From a virus (taxonomy: Duplodnaviria; Caudoviricetes): a stretch of DNA of 35,942 nt. The stretch lies in the IMG/VR virus record IMGVR_UViG_3300037785_000022, positions 1 to 35,942 of that record; one strand, given 5' to 3'. Position numbers and translations under genes: made by a program. A model generated the notes under the pieces. The model made no database searches, was not told where the DNA came from, and saw only the letters and a program-made list of their open reading frames with translations. Below, piece by piece: positions 32,942 through 35,942 of the stretch. The stretch's first letter is position 1; the number at the start of each line of letters is the position of its first letter.

Positions 32942-33109
32942 ATGAAACGCGACAAGACACTGCGCATCCCTGTCGATGCCGACACCAAAGCCAAGCTGGA
33001 AGCCGCCGCTGCGCATCTCGGGCAGGCGTTTGCCCCGTGGGCTCGGATGGTGCTGATTGAGCGCGCGCGGGAAATGGGGATCGAGGCGAAGGGCAGGGCC
33101 GATGACTGA
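32942..33109 (+). CDS. Ribbon-helix-helix regulator, 55 aa (not in ORF track)
   Basis: MKRDKTLRIPVDADTKAKLEAAAAHLGQAFAPWARMVLIERAREMG; GGAGG RBS. Confidence 0.75.
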   Translation: MKRDKTLRIPVDADTKAKLEAAAAHLGQAFAPWARMVLIERAREMGIEAKGRADD

Positions 33110-33278
33110 CGCGGAAACCGTCGCCCGCTTCGAAGCCCTATGGCGCGCTGGCATGAAAACGCCGCAAGGCGCAGACATGTGGGCGATCCTTCAGCAGGTG
33201 GCCGAGGAAAGCGGAAAGCCCGTGGGCGTGGTGCGCAAGCTGATGCTTGACAGCACGTTTTGCGGCGGCGCGGGCTAG
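33102..33278 (+). CDS. Hypothetical protein
   Basis: MTDAETVARFEALW; overlaps the RHH stop. Confidence 0.6.
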   Translation: MTDAETVARFEALWRAGMKTPQGADMWAILQQVAEESGKPVGVVRKLMLDSTFCGGAG

Positions 33279-33607
33279 TCGCGCAGCATGGCCTCGATGA
33301 TCGGCAGGAAACCGTAGTCCGGGCCATGCTTTGCCACCCATGACCGCTTGGCGGCATGGTATCCGTCAGGGCCTTGATGGCAGGCGTAGCAGAGCGAGAT
33401 GGTGCGGAAATCGTTTCGCGGCTTCTTATCGCCGGTGACATGATGCGCTTGGGAGGGTGGCGGCGCACCACACGCAACGCACGGCAACGCCTTCACCCGC
33501 GCCATATGCTCAAGCCCGCGCTGGCGTTCGTCGCTGGCCATATACGCGGCCCGCTTGTCGCTGCGAGGCTTGAGCCGGGTTTTTCGTTGCAGCGGTGTCC
33601 GCTTCAC
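33275..33607 (-). CDS. Ref/DUF968-like Zn-binding HNH nuclease
   Basis: Basic N-terminus; LPCVACG..AHH..LCYACH..H. Confidence 0.8.
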   Translation of the reverse strand: MKRTPLQRKTRLKPRSDKRAAYMASDERQRGLEHMARVKALPCVACGAPPPSQAHHVTGDKKPRNDFRTISLCYACHQGPDGYHAAKRSWVAKHGPDYGFLPIIEAMLRD

Positions 33608-33798
33608 TGACGCGCCGCCTCGCGCTCGGCTCGCATGAGGTCGTGCAGCGCGTCGTCAACGCGCCTCTGCGCCCGTGCCTGCGCTTGGGTGTCCTTGCCC
33701 ATCTTGGTGCGGCGAAGGCTGTCCACGGCGGCTGCATGGCGTCTGTGGGCCATTGCGAGGCGGATGCCTGCGTTCAAGGTGTCGTTGCGGCTTACCAT
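33604..33798 (-). CDS. Hypothetical protein
   Basis: AAGGAG RBS; coupled to neighbours. Confidence 0.6.
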   Translation of the reverse strand: MVSRNDTLNAGIRLAMAHRRHAAAVDSLRRTKMGKDTQAQARAQRRVDDALHDLMRAEREAARQ

Positions 33799-33893
33799 GG
33801 CGGTTCATCTCCTTCATGCGTCGGCTTCCACACCGGATCGTCGGCTATGCCGAGGGTGTCCAGAAAGCAAAGCAAAGAATAAGGCAGGGCCAT
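33792..33893 (-). CDS. 33 aa peptide (not in ORF track)
   Basis: MALPYSLLCFLDTLGIADDPVWKPTHEGDEPPW fills the gap. Confidence 0.45.
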   Translation of the reverse strand: MALPYSLLCFLDTLGIADDPVWKPTHEGDEPPW

Positions 33894-34058
33894 TCACTCT
33901 ACCTTCGGCTGTTCGGCGTGGATGCCCATTGCGGCGGCTTCTTTCAGCGCGGCGGAGCGGACAAAGCCAGAGACGGTCAGGCCAATTTTCTTGGCTGCGA
34001 TTTCAACGGCGACACGATCTGCGTCGCCCCAACGGATGTGCATGGGAGTGTTTTTCAT
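33894..34058 (-). CDS. Ribbon-helix-helix regulator (DUF1778-like)
   Basis: MKNTPMHIRW..VEIAAKKIGLTVSGFVRSAALKEA; AGGAG RBS. Confidence 0.8.
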   Translation of the reverse strand: MKNTPMHIRWGDADRVAVEIAAKKIGLTVSGFVRSAALKEAAAMGIHAEQPKVE

Positions 34059-34084
34059 TGTCATCTCCTGTTTTGACTTCCCGC

Positions 34085-34113
34085 ACATTACGCACACACT
34101 AAGCGTATTGCAA
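34085..34113 (-). promoter_or_regulatory. Sigma70-like leftward promoter overlapped by GCACA/TGTGC repeats
   Basis: TTGCAA-17-TAATGT; TGCAAGTGT occurs twice (34109 and 34149). Confidence 0.6.
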
Positions 34114-34200
34114 GTGTGCTTTTTGTGTTGACGTTTGCCCGCCTTGTGTGCAAGTGTCTAGTCATCGCAACGGGCAATGCCAACCCGAAGGGAAGACGAC

Positions 34201-34383
34201 ATGAACACCATCAACTACGTCCGCGCCGAGATGGCCGCGCACGACATTGCCAGCCTCTGCGCCATGATGCGCGCATATCGGATCGCGCGCGACACCGCGT
34301 CTCAGGAATACACCATGGGGCTGCTGGCCGAGTGTCTCGACAAATTGAACGAGGCGCTGGTCGGGAAGGAGGGCGAGGAATGA
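34201..34383 (+). CDS. Hypothetical early protein
   Basis: First gene of the rightward array. Confidence 0.65.
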   Translation: MNTINYVRAEMAAHDIASLCAMMRAYRIARDTASQEYTMGLLAECLDKLNEALVGKEGEE

Positions 34384-34616
34384 TCGGCCCCACCGACGGG
34401 AACCTCGACGCCCTACGCCGCCGCGAGGAGGAGCGCGAGGCATACGAGGCGCGGTTCATCGACTGCCCTGAGTGCGAAGGCACGGGCGAGATCGAGGTGC
34501 CGCTGGGCTTTCACACCGGCAACCCTGACACGGACGACTGGGACGTGGCCGACTGCGAAGAGTGCGGCGGCACGGGCGAGATTGAAGCGGAGGAAGAGGA
34601 TGCGCTTTACGACTGA
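34380..34616 (+). CDS. Acidic DnaJ-type zinc-finger mini-protein
   Basis: CPECEGTG and CEECGGTG. Confidence 0.75.
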   Translation: MIGPTDGNLDALRRREEEREAYEARFIDCPECEGTGEIEVPLGFHTGNPDTDDWDVADCEECGGTGEIEAEEEDALYD

Positions 34617-34822
34617 CGACATTCTCGGCGGCATCTGCATTGCCATCATGGTTTTCGGCCTGCCGTGGATCGCGGCAATCGCGCAGGCGGTGATGCAATG
34701 ACCTGCTGCGAACATCATGGGATAAATTGCAACCAAGGGCGCACCTGCCCGAACCGCATCAAGCGGGCGCTGTGGCCCGCGATCAAGGAAACGCTGGCAC
34801 GGCTGGCGAAGGAAGGTGTGAA

Positions 34823-35161
34823 ATGACGCGACTAAGAGCACTGAAGAAACTGGCCGAAAAGGTGGAGGCGGGAGAATGGGGGCAAAACGCAGCGTGGAAA
34901 ATTTTTGGGATAGGGGTTACCGGGCGTGTAGAACGCGCGTTCAACGGCTCCCTAGACGCCGCCAAGGCCCTGCATGATGCACTGCTACCTGACGCACCCG
35001 CTCAACTAACAGACATGCGCCCTTATGGGGGCAGCGGCGGATGGCTGGTGTCAATCAGTTGGAACAAAGACAAACACCAAGCCGGTAACGAAAACTTGGC
35101 ACGAGCATGGCTCTTGGCAATCCTGCGCGCCCTCATTGAAAAGGAGAAGACCGATGACTGA
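34823..35161 (+). CDS. Hypothetical early protein
   Basis: SLDAAKALHDALLP..ARAWLLAILRALI motif. Confidence 0.7.
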   Translation: MTRLRALKKLAEKVEAGEWGQNAAWKIFGIGVTGRVERAFNGSLDAAKALHDALLPDAPAQLTDMRPYGGSGGWLVSISWNKDKHQAGNENLARAWLLAILRALIEKEKTDD

Positions 35162-35519
35162 CACGACGACAGAGGCGGTGGAGCGGCTGGCAAATAACAT
35201 TTACGCGGCCCCCATGACCTATTGTGCAGATGCCCGCGAAACCCTCCTCGCCCTCACCGCCCGTGTGGCGGAGTGTGATGCCGACAAAGCATTGCTATTT
35301 CAGTGCGAGGACTGGTTAGAGCGCGCCGACAAGGCCCGACTTGAAGCAGTTGCAGAGCGTGACACCCTCAATGCCCGTGTGGCGGAGTTGGAGGCGGCGC
35401 TTATGGAAGTCTTGGCGTTCCATGCTCAGGTCGCCCACGGCAGCGTAAACCTCACAAGCCTCAGTCTGACAATGAACCGCGCGGAAACCGCCCTACAGGA
35501 GAAGACCGATGACCAGTGA
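35154..35519 (+). CDS. Coiled-coil early protein with internal ARVAE repeat
   Basis: AGGAG RBS; bounded by identical 17 bp junctions. Confidence 0.7.
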   Translation: MTDTTTEAVERLANNIYAAPMTYCADARETLLALTARVAECDADKALLFQCEDWLERADKARLEAVAERDTLNARVAELEAALMEVLAFHAQVAHGSVNLTSLSLTMNRAETALQEKTDDQ

Positions 35520-35772
35520 GACACAGAACACCGCGCCGGAAAGGATTTGGCTTGACGTAAAATCTGAAAGCGAAGCTTGGACAGGGAACGAAAACCTTTC
35601 ATTCCCAAATGACGTTTGCTACATCCGCACCGACCTTCACGAACGCCTCATGGCCGAGGCCGTAGCGTCGGCGGTCCAGACCGTGCTTGACGACGTGGGA
35701 TACACTTATGAGCAGTTGGGTGAAGATGCCCGCGCCCTGATCGCTGAATATGGAGGCAAGAGCGATGTCTGA
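35509..35772 (+). CDS. Modular early protein (allele B)
   Basis: APERIWL..YIRTDL motif. Confidence 0.7.
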   Translation: MTSETQNTAPERIWLDVKSESEAWTGNENLSFPNDVCYIRTDLHERLMAEAVASAVQTVLDDVGYTYEQLGEDARALIAEYGGKSDV

Positions 35773-35942
35773 CACCGACGATATGATTTCCCGCGCAGAG
35801 GCCGAGGCTATGGTGGCGGCGGCGCTGGAGGAAGCTGTGGACAAAATGGACATGGGTTGGAGTTACAACGCTGGAAACGCCATCCGCGCCCTGATCAAAG
35901 ACCCCTCAATCCTCGCAAAGCGTGACGCGCGGATGAGGGCAG
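35765..35942 (+). CDS. Early protein MSDTDDMISR.., completed across the junction by 311..330
   Basis: GGAGG RBS; same frame as the C-terminal half of ORF 46..330. Confidence 0.65.
   Translation, partial: MSDTDDMISRAEAEAMVAAALEEAVDKMDMGWSYNAGNAIRALIKDPSILAKRDARMRA

Noticed and set aside
34092-34125. SAM-II riboswitch-like CGTATTGCAAG
   Set aside because: Other conserved elements are missing, and the sequence is explained by the promoter/operator.
35816-35942. Physical direct terminal repeat
   Set aside because: It is exactly 127 bp and matches internal position 184 rather than position 1, which fits an assembly overlap.

Overview
This looks like an essentially complete, circularly permuted ~35.6 kb dsDNA phage genome of podovirus type. 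The host is probably an alphaproteobacterium (Rhodobacterales-like), inferred from the GapR/DUF2312-like gene, the stand-alone DnaA C-terminal domain and the DUF1376 initiator. The minus strand from ~32.9 kb down to ~1.1 kb carries, in order: recombination/replication genes (GIY-YIG endonuclease, ERF, Gp157, NinB, DUF1376 initiator, SSB), a mosaic pre-terminase region, TerS/TerL, two orphan genes, portal, scaffold, capsid, HNH, tail/ejection genes, fibres and lysis genes. The plus strand from ~34.2 kb across the contig junction to ~1.04 kb is an array of short early genes. I see no integrase, CI-type repressor, polymerase, tRNA or CRISPR. Four features stand out. (1) A ~105 nt two-hairpin element with complementary loops occurs in two diverged copies with compensatory base changes, one in each of two tandem pre-terminase modules. 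(2) Those modules record a TerS replacement: a truncated P22 gp3-like gene and an intact Sf6-like gene. (3) A stand-alone BrxR/CapW-like winged-helix protein lacks its WYL sensor. (4) The early-gene array is built from microhomology-bounded cassettes, and the two contig ends carry two different alleles of it. All family calls come from motif recognition by eye; no database search was run.
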